Assembly (NCBI RefSeq): GCF_018350175.1
Contig: NC_058368.1
Span: 125,180,001-125,244,000, forward strand
Reading direction: 5' to 3'
Origin: Felis catus
Lineage: Eukaryota
DNA: 64,000 bases
Shown: one piece after another, positions 42,146-52,961 of the stretch
How the letters are laid out: each line of letters starts with the position of its first letter
Position numbering within the stretch: the first letter of the stretch is position 1
The notes under the pieces: model-generated
Told to the model about the DNA's origin: nothing
The model's database searches: none
What the model saw: only the letters and a program-made list of their open reading frames with translations
Program-made: the position numbers and the translations under genes

Positions 42146-42153
42146 TGACGTCA
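42146..42153. promoter_or_regulatory. Full CRE (TGACGTCA)
   Basis: Exact CREB/ATF palindrome within the CpG island. A variant, TCACGTCA, lies at 42104-42111. Confidence 0.7.
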
Positions 42154-42471
42154 CTGCGCGGAGCCACCGCCCCCCACGCGCCCCTACCTCCGGGGCTTCC
42201 TCGACGCCCCGCCCCCAGACGTAGCCACGCCCCATTCCCCTCCCCCCCAGCAGCCCCACGTAGAGGGCGGAGCTTCTTCGGCCGGGGCGTGAGCGGTTGC
42301 TTGGGCCAGAAGGTTCTCTGGTGGAGGCGCTCCTCCTGCTGCCCCGCCCAGTAGGTTCGTTCGCAGCGCTTCTTCCACACCCTTTCTCCCTCCTCCTTCT
42401 CCTCGCCCCGCCTTTTCCCTCCCTTCTCTTCAACCCGTCTAGTTCCTTCCCCGCCTCGCCACCTTCCACGA

Positions 42472-42481
42472 TCTCGCGAGA
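42472..42481. promoter_or_regulatory. TCTCGCGAGA palindrome (BANP / CGCG element, also ascribed to ZBTB33)
   Basis: Exact 10-bp palindrome just upstream of the inferred TSS. Confidence 0.8.
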
Positions 42482-42489
42482 CTTGACCC

Positions 42490-42647
42490 AGAACATTGCG
42501 GATCGGGTCGGCGCCATTTTGGGACTGAGACTGGTTGTGGGGGAGGGAAAAGCGGCAAAAGGGGATTATTCAAAGTACCGAAAACCTTCTCCCGGGATCG
42601 AACGCAGCGGCACCCCCAGGCCAGGGGCACCTCTGGTGTGGCAGAAG
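42490..42647 (+). other. GPBP1: Non-coding exon 1 (5' end approximate), probably GPBP1/vasculin
   Basis: YY1 motif at 42510-42521, typical just downstream of a TSS. Donor AAG|GTAACA with GT at 42648. No ATG in the exon. The gene name comes from recall of the GPBP1 5'UTR sequence and its structure (short exon 1, ~1 kb non-coding exon 2, long intron 2) and was not checked by search. Confidence 0.65.
42510..42521 (+). promoter_or_regulatory. YY1 site GGCGCCATTTTG
   Basis: Matches the YY1 consensus CGCCATNTT at a TSS-proximal position. Confidence 0.75.
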
Positions 42648-43899
42648 GTAACACCGTCTTCCGTCCTCCGTGCTGGAGTCTGGGGGAGGAAGGGGGTGCC
42701 CGTGTCGGCGTTGGGGTTTGAGGGGTCGGGAGCGGCGTTGGCGGCGCGAGGTGTGAGGCTGCCCTCGGACGCGGTGTGGGGGGTGGAGGAGAGCAAGGAG
42801 GGAGACGGAAAGACGGCGCCGAGAGGCCTGTATATATTTACTGGGCCCCTGTGAGGCGGGGGTGGCGGTTGTGGCGAGGGGGTGGGTGGTTGAGGCTTGG
42901 TGGCTGGGGGGATGTTTGGCGGAGGCTCAGAACGGGTCCGACGCCCTCCGTGCTCGGTCTTCCTTGCTCTGGCCTCTCGCACACGCCCGCCTCCTTTGGC
43001 ACTACTGCTCCTCTTAGAGAGCTGAGGGAGTCGAGGCCGAGTTGTGGCCTTCGGTTGTTTTCTTCAGTAGCGCGCCCGCTTTCCGCCTCTCCCGGGTCTT
43101 TGGCACTAGGTATGTACTGAGTCCAGTGCTACCATGTCCCCCCGAGTCCTGTGGGGCCTGAAGGGACCTATTCTGTTTTTGGAGAGAACCACTCTTAACG
43201 TGATTTACGAGAAGGGTTGGGTACCTACCACCCCCTCAGTGTTGGGAGAAACCTGTTTTCTTAATTCAAGGAAATGGGGACCGACACGTTTCTCCCACAG
43301 TTGCCCTCAGAAGCCAGGGAAGTCTCACCCTCAGGCGAGTTTAAGGAATGTTCATATCCCGTTTCTCACCCACCTACTTTCTACCCTTAATGGGGAAATG
43401 TGTCTTTTCTTTTAGACATTCTAATTTGGAGGGCGCGTCTTTCCTTTTACATTTCTTATTCTCTTAAGTTGCATTTACTAATGCCCCATGGCACCACACC
43501 TGCCTGTTCGTTTTTCTTCGGTAGCGTGAATTGAAAATATGGAAGATCTTTTATAAGATTGTGTGGCAGTTTCATAGTTCTAATTTTTACTCCCAAAGTG
43601 TGGGGAAGGTTTGTTTATATAATCCCCCTGTATTATATCCGCACCCCCTTCCCAGTTGAAATCACTCCTTGTGTTCTGTAACATCATCTCCCACCTTTTC
43701 CTCTCTTATTTTAAAGTCTTTTTAATACATTAAAGTGTTTTTGGGCGCTTGCTTGGGCAGAGCCTTTTTTTAGATCCCAGTAGAATTGGATAGAGGTGAA
43801 TTTCTCTCTAGAAGTAGGCTTCTTCAAGATGGGGGTTAATTTTTTGCTCAAAATTAAAATTCAGTGTGTAATTTTTTTTTTTTTTTGTAACTTTTACAG

Positions 43900-44870
43900 G
43901 TGATTGAATTACCCATTTGTGAAGATCATCTTCTAGGTTTTGTGTTAAAAGGCCCCGGATATTTGAAGTGGCCATTTTGGGATTACAATATCTTTGGATA
44001 ATTTTGCCCCAGAAGTTTATTAAAAGTGGCAAGAATCATCTCTGAAGTGAATTTATAGTAGTGAACAGTTCTGCAAGCTACTTAAAGAGACCCAGTCATT
44101 TCTTCAGTATTTTGGTTCAAACGGATTATATAACTGGTTAAGTTATTTCAGCTGGTGGTATTTTTTTTGCCCCTTCCCCCCACCCCCACCCTTCTCCTGT
44201 AGTTGGTGTTCTTCAGCCAAAACTGTAAGATATGTTTGATTTGTGTACTAAGTAGTTTCGGCAGTTTCAAATTACTGTTTAAGTACTGCTGAAGTTTCAT
44301 GGCATTTTATTTTTACCTTTATTAAAAGTTTTAGGAATTTTTGACCTCAGCTATTTTCATGTCACAATGGGACAGCTTTTCTAAATGAAGACGTTGAAAG
44401 AATACAGAGTTTTTTTCCTTTTATCTTTTATTTACGTGGAAATTTAAGATGTTGCAGTTTTCCAGCAGCATGGTAGTATTGAGATAGCTATGTGTCTCTC
44501 TTTGTGTTGATGTTTAGGAATGTTCTTCAGATGTGAAATTTTCTTTTTGTTTTTGCTTTTTGGCTCATAAATTGGATATTTCATCTGGAGTGGATAAGTA
44601 CAACAGTGACAAGTACATGGAATAATAAAGAAGACTTTAAAATCTTAAATCCAAGGAACTTGGCTAATTCTGGAGATAGCCGTATGAAAACTTTAAGACA
44701 GAAGTATGGGTAGCTGACTTGAAGTAACTCTATGTCAAATAGTCATAGGTTAAGTATCTTCAAAGAACTTGGATATTATTTCAGAGGATACAAAATAAAA
44801 AAACAAACTGGAAAACATAAAGATTGCAGAGAAAAACCCAACACCTTCCTGTGCAGTCCTGTTGGAATTT
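43900..44870 (+). other. GPBP1: Large (971 nt) non-coding 5'UTR exon 2, probably GPBP1
   Basis: Acceptor T15-GTAACTTTTACAG|G (AG at 43898-43899) and donor TTT|GTAAGT (GT at 44871). Repeat-free unique sequence with no long ORF and many short uORFs. Confidence 0.65.
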
Positions 44871-47800
44871 GTAAGTATTAAATGGTGAGCAAATCAGGAG
44901 TTCATTTGTAAATTAATGAGTCAAGTTTATCCTATGTTGGAAGACTTTCTGTTTCTTGGAATAATACTGCTTGGCTTAGTTTCCTGGACAGTCTGTAAAG
45001 TACTGTTAAGTAAGTTGAAATGAAGAAAGAGTTAAGATTTAAGAATATTTCGGATCAAACAGTCCACATTTTACATTTTTGTGCTCCGAAAGTAAAAAAA
45101 AAAAAAACCAAAAATCCTTATGATCAGTATTCATCTTAATTTTTATGGATTCATAGATTGTTAAAAAGGCGGGAAAAATGTTTCATGAGTCTTTCCAGCC
45201 AGTTTATTTTTTTTTAATTTTTTTTAATCTTTATTTATTTTTGAGAGAGAGAGAGGGAGACAGAATCTGAAGCAGGTTCCAGGCTCTGAGCTGTCACCAC
45301 AGAGCCCGACTTGGGGCTCAAACCAGTGAACCATGAGATCATGACCTGAGCTGAAGTCGGATGCTTAACCAACTGAGCCACCCAGGCACCCCCAGTTTAC
45401 TTTCTTAGTGTGAGTTTAGACTGCTTTCTAAAGGCAATTTTGTGTTACAGTTTAGTTAGGTAGTCTAAATTATAACATAGGGCTTGGTTTTTAAACCTGA
45501 TATTTCATAATCGTTCATAATTCTTTTAAATAACTGATTTCCTTTTCGGAAGTTTATGCTGGCTTATGTTTATAAACAAAGCTTTTTTAAAAAATTGGAA
45601 ATATTGCTGTAATAGAGATCTGACAAATGAGAATTCTGATTTAATAATTGTTATATTTTTCAGAATTGAATATTACTTTGTTACCGTATAATTTCTCAGT
45701 CTATTCTAGGCATAGGAGTGTCTTTAAAAATTTATTAAAATACATTTTTTAGATAGTTACTACTAGTGAATATAATAAAACTAGAGTTTATTTCATTTAA
45801 TTACTTTTCTGAGATAAAAGATTGTAATTTTGAACATTTTGCCAAGATGGCCTTACAACCTGTCAGTAGTTCAGTTATTTCAAAACTTTTTTGCTTTGCT
45901 CTTGAATCCTTTTATCTCACTTAGAGCAGAAGAGGTAGTAGAGTCCAAAAGAATGGAAGTATCCAAATACAGCATTTATTTTCTGATCTAAAATTGAGAT
46001 TAGAGTTCATTAGTTTTGTTAAAATAGACTGGGTTAGTTGTGTTTTCTCCGTCAGTGCTATGTAGTACTTTTAATTGAGCTTCCACCTTGATTTATGTAA
46101 AAAAAGTGGCAAGACCATTCTCCACACCTTTTCACTTCAGATTGCCTGCTATTTTATTCATTTCTCAATTTAATGACTTTTCAAGTAATTTGTCTAAGAA
46201 TATATATCTTAAATGGGATTAAAAAGTTGAACTGCGGGGCACCTGGATGGCTCAGTTGGGTAAGTGGCTGACTTTGGCACAGGTTGAGATCTCATAGTTC
46301 TGGGGTTCAGGCCCCCCATCGGGCTCTGTGCTGACAGCTCAGAGCCTGGAGCCTGCTTCGGATTCTTTACCTCTCTGTCTCCCTCTCAAAATTACATAAA
46401 CATTAAAAAAAGAAAATGTTGAACTGGAAGGGCACTTGGGATGCTCAGTCAGTTAGCACCTCACTCTTGATTTTGGCTCAGGTCATGATCTTCGGGTTTG
46501 TGGGATTGAGCCCCAGTGTGGTTCTGTGCTGACAGCACAGAGCCTGCTTGGGATTCTCTTCTGTCTCTCTGCCCCTCTCCTGCTTGCACGCGGGCTTTCT
46601 CTCTTTCAAAATAAAATAAACCTTTAAAAAAAAAGTTGAACTGATAATTATTTTTTTTTCGTGGAAAAGAACAACATTATTTGTGATTATCTTCCTTTAA
46701 ATTATTCCTATGGATGTTAACCTGAAAGCCTTGGTGTCAGGATAAAACTAACTCCAGAGTCAGGGTTTGTAACAATTAACTTTAATCTTTGAATGGTCTG
46801 ACGTTGGTGAACTTTGCTTACAGCAGTTGTTCAAGGACATATTTACTTACTTGAACGTCTTGATAAATACTATATTCTTGGCATTGAGTAGATAGCAATA
46901 CTAATTGGAACAATTGCTGGGCTGCTCCCCTTACCCTCTTAGTACCTCTTTTGAGCCTCTTTTTCTCCCCTACTCTATTGTTTTGTTTTGTTTTTTTTAA
47001 ATCTGTGCCTAGACTATAGACATAAGAAATAATCTAGTAATACTTATAGATGATGATAGTGTCACATATTCTGTATAATAAACATATTTACCTAGTATAC
47101 CTTAACCTTAGAATAATTCTGTGAAGAAAGTGCTGTTACAGTGGTATAGATAAGAAAATTAAGATTTAGAAAGACAAACTTGGAGAAAGTTACTTGGTTA
47201 GGACCGAAGTTACATAGGAGTCTGGGCCAAATCTCTCAGGTCTGACTGGAGGGCTCCACACTTTGAGTCACCGTGCTACACTATAAATGCTAATTTGAGC
47301 ATTATCCATGATATTTTTGTTTCTTCTCTTATACTGCTTCTCTTTGGTTAATATTGACTACTAGTGGCATTTGAAATTAAGCTAAAAGGTAGAAGAGAAA
47401 ATATTGTTCGTATTGCTGTTTGTTAGTAACTGGTAAAATTTTGGTTAGCCAAAAATTAAAATGTGGTTTCAGGTTTTGTTCATGTCTTACACACCCATAG
47501 CCTCTTTGTACAGGTATGAAGCTAAATTCATTTTAGCTTTGTTGTACTTTTTCTCTGGTTTTGAACTGAGATTAGTCCATGAATTTTTGTGCTTAAAGTT
47601 CCTGACGCTTGAGAATTGATGAAGGGAAGAATACTAGGGAAATAAAAGGAATGGAAAATAATAGGGAAAGAACAAGAGTGAGCAGAAGAAAGAAAAAAAA
47701 TGAAATTTAGAGAGTTACAGAGGAATAAAGATGGGAACCTCTAGTCTGAAAGTGAAATTAGCAATTGAGGATAGAACCTAAACTCCAGGCCAGGGGCCCC

Positions 47801-49679
47801 TGGGTGGCTTAGTTGGTTGAGGATCCCACTCTTGATTTCTCCTCAGGTTATGATCCCAGGGTGGGTCATGGGATTGAGCCCTGTCTTGGGCTCAGTGCTG
47901 AGTGTTGGAGTGGGCTTGGGATTCCCTCTCTGTCCCCTTCTGCCGCTCTCCTTCACGCTCTCTTTAAAAGAAAAAACAAAACCAGTAACATAAACCCAAG
48001 CAGGATCATCTAATTGTCTTTGACCTAACCACCTTTTCTGTTTAATTTTTTACAAAAACGTTAAGGTAACCATTTAGATCCAGGTAAGGGTAGTGATGTA
48101 GAAAAAGAGAAATGGCTGGGAGTTAAAAGAGATTTTTGGTTTAGGGATTGGAAAATTTAGAAAAGAGCTTATGTGACCTTGTATATTTACCTAATCTCTT
48201 TGGTGTTAGTGTTTTCATAAAACTGATGACAATAATATATGAACGCTTTTTGTTAATGGAGAAGCATAATCTATAAAGTTTTATTCTAATTCCAATATTT
48301 TAAGATTCTGAGTGTTACATGTCAAATCAGTATTTGTCATAGTCTGAAGTTATTTCTTCTTTCAAGTTTGTTTGTTTATTTTGAGAGAGGGAGAGAGTGC
48401 CAGCAGGGGAGGGCCAAGAGAGAGCAGGAGAGAATCCCAAGCCAGTTCCATACTAGAGGGTCTCTCTCTATCCTACAACCCAGGAGCTGAGCTGACATCA
48501 AGAGTTGGGTGCTTAACACACTCAGCCACTCAGGTGCCCCTGCAGTTTCATTTTTTATCCTAGCTTGGCCTTTGAATAAGAAGGTAACCGTAGTATCTCA
48601 TCTCTTTGCCTTTTAGTTCCATTCTCTTTTTTCCCGTAGTCTCTCCGTGGCCAGAAAAGTCTACCTAAAGTAGGGCTCTTTGTTTTGTTATCTCACTAGC
48701 CTTTAAGGTGATGGATTTGACATATTTAGGAAGAGCAGGTTGGAAAGAGATTTGTTCACTGTCCCCTTCTCCCCTTTTATAAATGTTTTATATATCAGGA
48801 TTTCCTAAAAATTTTGGGGGGGGGCAGCTACATAAGTGGGTGTGGGAGACTGTGGTTTGAGAACTGTCTAAAATTGATTATTTTGGGGGTGCTTAAATAT
48901 TTTTTCTCAGGAGCGGGTCCATTGCTTTGAGCAGGACTCTCATTAGAAATGGAATGTTAGAATTACTGATAAACCTTTTGTGGTTTGATTTTCAGTTTTA
49001 CCTGCTTGCTTTTCTCCTTTTTGTTAGCTGCTACACCCAGCAGAATAGTTAGAGGCTTTTGCTCTATGTCTTTTCAAGTAATTATTAGTTTCTGCATCTT
49101 TTTATACAAGGTATCCCATTGTTTTTCTTGTTCTTGAGTCATCTTTGTGTTCACAGCTTTGGTGAGTGTAGTGTTTTGGTGTTTTATTTTCTGCTCTTTA
49201 ATTCAGTTTACAGATTATATTTTTTGAAACCGTATTTAAAAGTGTTTTTCAGGGGCACCTGGGTGGCCCGGTCGGTAAGCGTCCGACTTCGGCTCAGGGT
49301 CCGTGAGTTCGAGCCTCAAGTCGGGCTCTGTGCTGAACGCTCAGAACCTGGAGCCTGTTTCAGATTCTGTGTCTCCCTCTTTCTCTGCCCCTCCCCTGTT
49401 CACGCTCTGTCTCTCTCTGTCTCAAAAATAAATAAACGTTAAAAAAAAAATTAAAAAAAAATAAAAGTTTTTTTCAGGCTTATTTTTTAGCAAGAAAGTT
49501 TTAAAATTGTAGTTAAATACATTGTGTTTCCTTTGAAACTCAGAACTTGCAAATACCCTTTAAGAAATTCTTAAACTGAAAATTGTCAGAAAGTTATCTA
49601 TACATATACATATTAGTAAAAGAAGTTAGTTGGTTTTTCAGTGAATGTAAGTATTTTAATGAAGGAGCTTTAAAAAATA

Positions 49680-50540
49680 AAAATTGTTACTATCTCACAT
49701 GATTTCTGTGGGTGAGAAATTTGGCAACAGTTGAGCTGAGTGATTCTGACTCCCTCTAGGTCCGAATCTAAAATCTACATCAATATGGTAACTAGGGCTG
49801 CAGTTATTTGAAGGCTTGACTGGGGCTCAATGATCTTCTTCCAAGATGGTGTACTCATTGGCCTGGCAGGTTGATGCTGGCTCTTACCTGGAGGACTCAG
49901 TTCCTTACCGTACATGGATCTCCATGGAGCTCTTTTGAGTGTCTTCTACGGTTTCTTTTTTTCTTTTTTCTTTTTTCTTTTTCTTTTTTTAAAGTAATCT
50001 CTAGGGGTGCCTGGGTGGCTCAGTTGGTTGGACATGCAACTTCGGCTCAGGTCATGATCTCGCGGTCCGTGAGTTCGAGCCCCGTGTCGGGCTCTGTGCT
50101 GACAGCTCAGAGCCTGCAGCCTGCTTCAGATTCTTTGTCTCGCTCTCTCTATGACCTTCCCCCACTCATGCTCTGTCTCAAAAATGAATAAACGTTAAAA
50201 AAAAAAATTAAAAAAAATAATAAAGTAATCTTTACACTCAACTTGGGGCTCGAACTCACAACCCCAAGATCAGAAGTCCAGTGTTCCACCAGCTGAGCCA
50301 GCCAAGTGCCCTTCCTCCTTAAGTTTCTTTAAATGTGGCAGCTGCAGTTTGTAGAGCAAGTCATCTGAGAAGAGAGATAGGTAGAAAGCACAGTACCTTT
50401 TAGGACCCATTCCAGAAGTCACTTCTGCCACATTCTTTTCGTTAAAAGCAAGTTATTAAGTCTAGCCCTCAATCAAGGGAGGGTAGTTAGGCTTCATCTT
50501 TTTTCAAAAGAATTTCTGGGCATACTTAAAAACCACAACA
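49680..50540 (-). mobile_element. MLT1-type LTR interrupted by two nested SINEs
   Basis: TCTCACATGATTTCTGTGGGT...GAAGGCTTGACTGGGGCT...TTCCAAGATGG before the SINEs, and ATCAAGGGAGG...AAAACCACAACA after them. Confidence 0.55.
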
Positions 50541-50789
50541 GGAGGTAATATTTCACAACCACTAGTTGTCGGCTTAATTGGAATTAGGCAAAGTCGGAGC
50601 TAAAGTCTTAGCTAAGTATAGGTAGGTTGGGCTATTATAAGTTTAGAGAAAATATATTCTAAATTTAGGAGACTTAAATCTTTCTAATTTTTAGCTGTGA
50701 TATGAGATTTGGAAGTAAGGGGTTTTTTTTCCCCCCGCCTTCATACTAATCTTCCAGTCATTGTAATGAGGGATAACCTTTTTTTTTTT

Positions 50790-52135
50790 TTTAATCCTGG
50801 CAAAAAAAACCATAAGGTTTACCAATTTAGCCATTTTTGAGTGTATAAGTGGCATTGAGTACCTTCACATTGTTGTGGATTCTTCATCTCCAGAACTTTT
50901 TTCATCTTCCCAAACTGATATTCTTTGTACCCATTAAACATTAACTTTGCATTTTTCCCTGTCTGTAGCCCCTGGCAGTCACCATTCTACTTTGTATTTC
51001 TATGAATTAGGCTACACTAGGGACTTAGTGTAAGTGGAATTGTGCATATTTGTTGTTTTGTCATTGCTTTATTGTACTTTGTGTAATGTCTTCGAGGTTC
51101 ATCCATGTTGTAGCATGTGGTAGAATCAATTTCCTTCCTTTTTAAGATGAAAGAATAATCCATTGTATGTATGTATCAAATTTTGTTTACCCATCATCTG
51201 TAAATCGACACTTTAGTTGTTTCTGCCTTTCTGAAATCATGAATAATGCTGCTGTGAAAGAGAGTGTACAAATAATTGTTTGAATCCCTATTTTTTCTTT
51301 TTTTAAATCTTTGATTTTAATCCTTTTGGATATATACCCAGAAGTGGAATTGCTTGTTCGTATGGTAATTATATTTTTAATTCTTTGAGGAGCCCCCATA
51401 GTGTTTTCCATAGTGATTGCACCATTTTTTATTCCTACCAGCCGTGCACATGGGTTCCAGTTTATCCATATTCTTTGCAACATTTGTTGTTTTCTGTGTT
51501 TTTGATAATAGCCATCTTAGTGGTTGTGATGTATCTGTGGTTTTGATGTGCATTTCCCTAATAATTACTGATGTCTTCTCATTTGCTTATTGGCCGTTTT
51601 TTTTTCTTGTTTTTTTTTTTTCTTTTAATGTTTATTTATTTTTCAGACAGAGACAGAGCATGAACGGGGGAGGGTCAGAGAGAGGGAGACACAGAATCTG
51701 AAACAGGCTCCAGGCTCTGAGCTGTCAGCACAGAGCCCGACGTGGGGCTCGAACTCACGGACCGTGAGATAATGACCTGAGCCGAAGTCGGCCACTTAAC
51801 CGACTGAGCCACCCAGGCGCCCCACTTATTGGCTGTGTTTTAAAAAGTTTATTTATTTTGAGAGAGAGCATGTGTGTGGGGAGGGACAGAGAGAGTTGGA
51901 CAGTCCCAAAGAGGCTCCATGGTGGTAGTGTGTAGCCAGAGGCAGGGCTCATTCTCACAAACTGTGAGATCATGACCTGTGCTGAAACCAAGATTGGATG
52001 CTTAACCCATTGAGCCACCCAGGCGCCCTTGCTTATTGGCCATTTTATATCTTCTTTGAAGAAATGTGTATTCAAGTCCTTCACCCGTTTTCAAATTTGA
52101 ATTGTTGGAGTTGGGCATATATTCTGGATATCCAC
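50790..52135 (-). mobile_element. L1MA/MB 3' end, antisense, with two SINE insertions
   Basis: CAGTCACCATTCTACTTT, AGGTTCATCCATGTTGTAGCATGTG, TTTTGGATATATACCCAGAAGTGGAATTGC. Confidence 0.8.
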
Positions 52136-52767
52136 ACCGGTCATGATGACTAGATTTTGATAGCTACTATTTATCAGTGCTTACCATGTTCCATTCAGTG
52201 TTCTAAGCCTTGGAAGTGAATTAACTGTAATTCTCATGGACGGTGTGTGTGGGAAAGTCCTATTTTCATTTTACAAATGAGAAAATGAAAGCACAGAGAT
52301 AGAAGTCACAAGGTCACATAGCCAGTAAGTGATATTTCTGAACCTACACATTCTGTATATCCAGAGCTGAGACTTCCAACTATGAGGGCTTATAGTTTAA
52401 GTTTTTAAGGTGTTAATAATGAGCAAAGTAAAAATACTACTGTTTCAGGACTGGGAAGATACTTTATCGTAAGCCAGTGACTAAATTTTATTTTCCTTAA
52501 TGAGATACAGTTGTGACTTGTTTATAATCTACCTTTCACATGGGTATATTCTTTATTCTCATTCGGGAGTATTTTACTTTTGGATCACTTCGTAACTAGT
52601 ATTCACAGTATTTTAGATTAGAAAGTGCTTTTCCCAGTTATAATGTGAAATAACTGCTCTTTCCACTCTGAGGTTAATTTACCCAACGTTGTCATTAAGT
52701 GACAGCCAGAATTTCAGTTTCGTTTATCTGTATTTCCTTAGGGTTCTAAGTAGATCTTATTCTAGAG

Positions 52768-52961
52768 CAGTGCTGTCCAATAGAACTTTGTGAAATGAGG
52801 GAAGCAGTCTATGTCTTTGCTGTTTGTTAGGATAATCTCTAGACCTAGGTCATTATTTGAGGTTTGGCTAGTGCAGATGAGGAACTGAATTTTGAGTTTT
52901 ATTTAATTTTAATGTACATTTAAACAATCGCATGTGGCTGTTAGCTGCCATGTTAGCGCAG
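52768..52961 (+). mobile_element. MER3/MER33-like hAT-Charlie MITE
   Basis: Starts CAGTGCTGTCCAATAGAACTTT. Perfect 8-bp TSD TTCTAGAG at 52760-52767 / 52962-52969. Confidence 0.8.

Larger units (their letters stand above)
41790..43100. promoter_or_regulatory. CpG island / housekeeping-type promoter
   Basis: Abrupt switch to very GC- and CpG-rich sequence in an otherwise AT-rich, CpG-depleted window. Contains GC boxes, a CRE, TCTCGCGAGA and a YY1 motif, and ends past a strong splice donor. Confidence 0.95.

Noticed and set aside
41638..43415. Many overlapping 100-185 aa ORFs on both strands
   Set aside because: They are Pro/Arg/Gly/Ala-rich products of the stop-poor CpG island, mostly with non-ATG starts and no recognisable domains.
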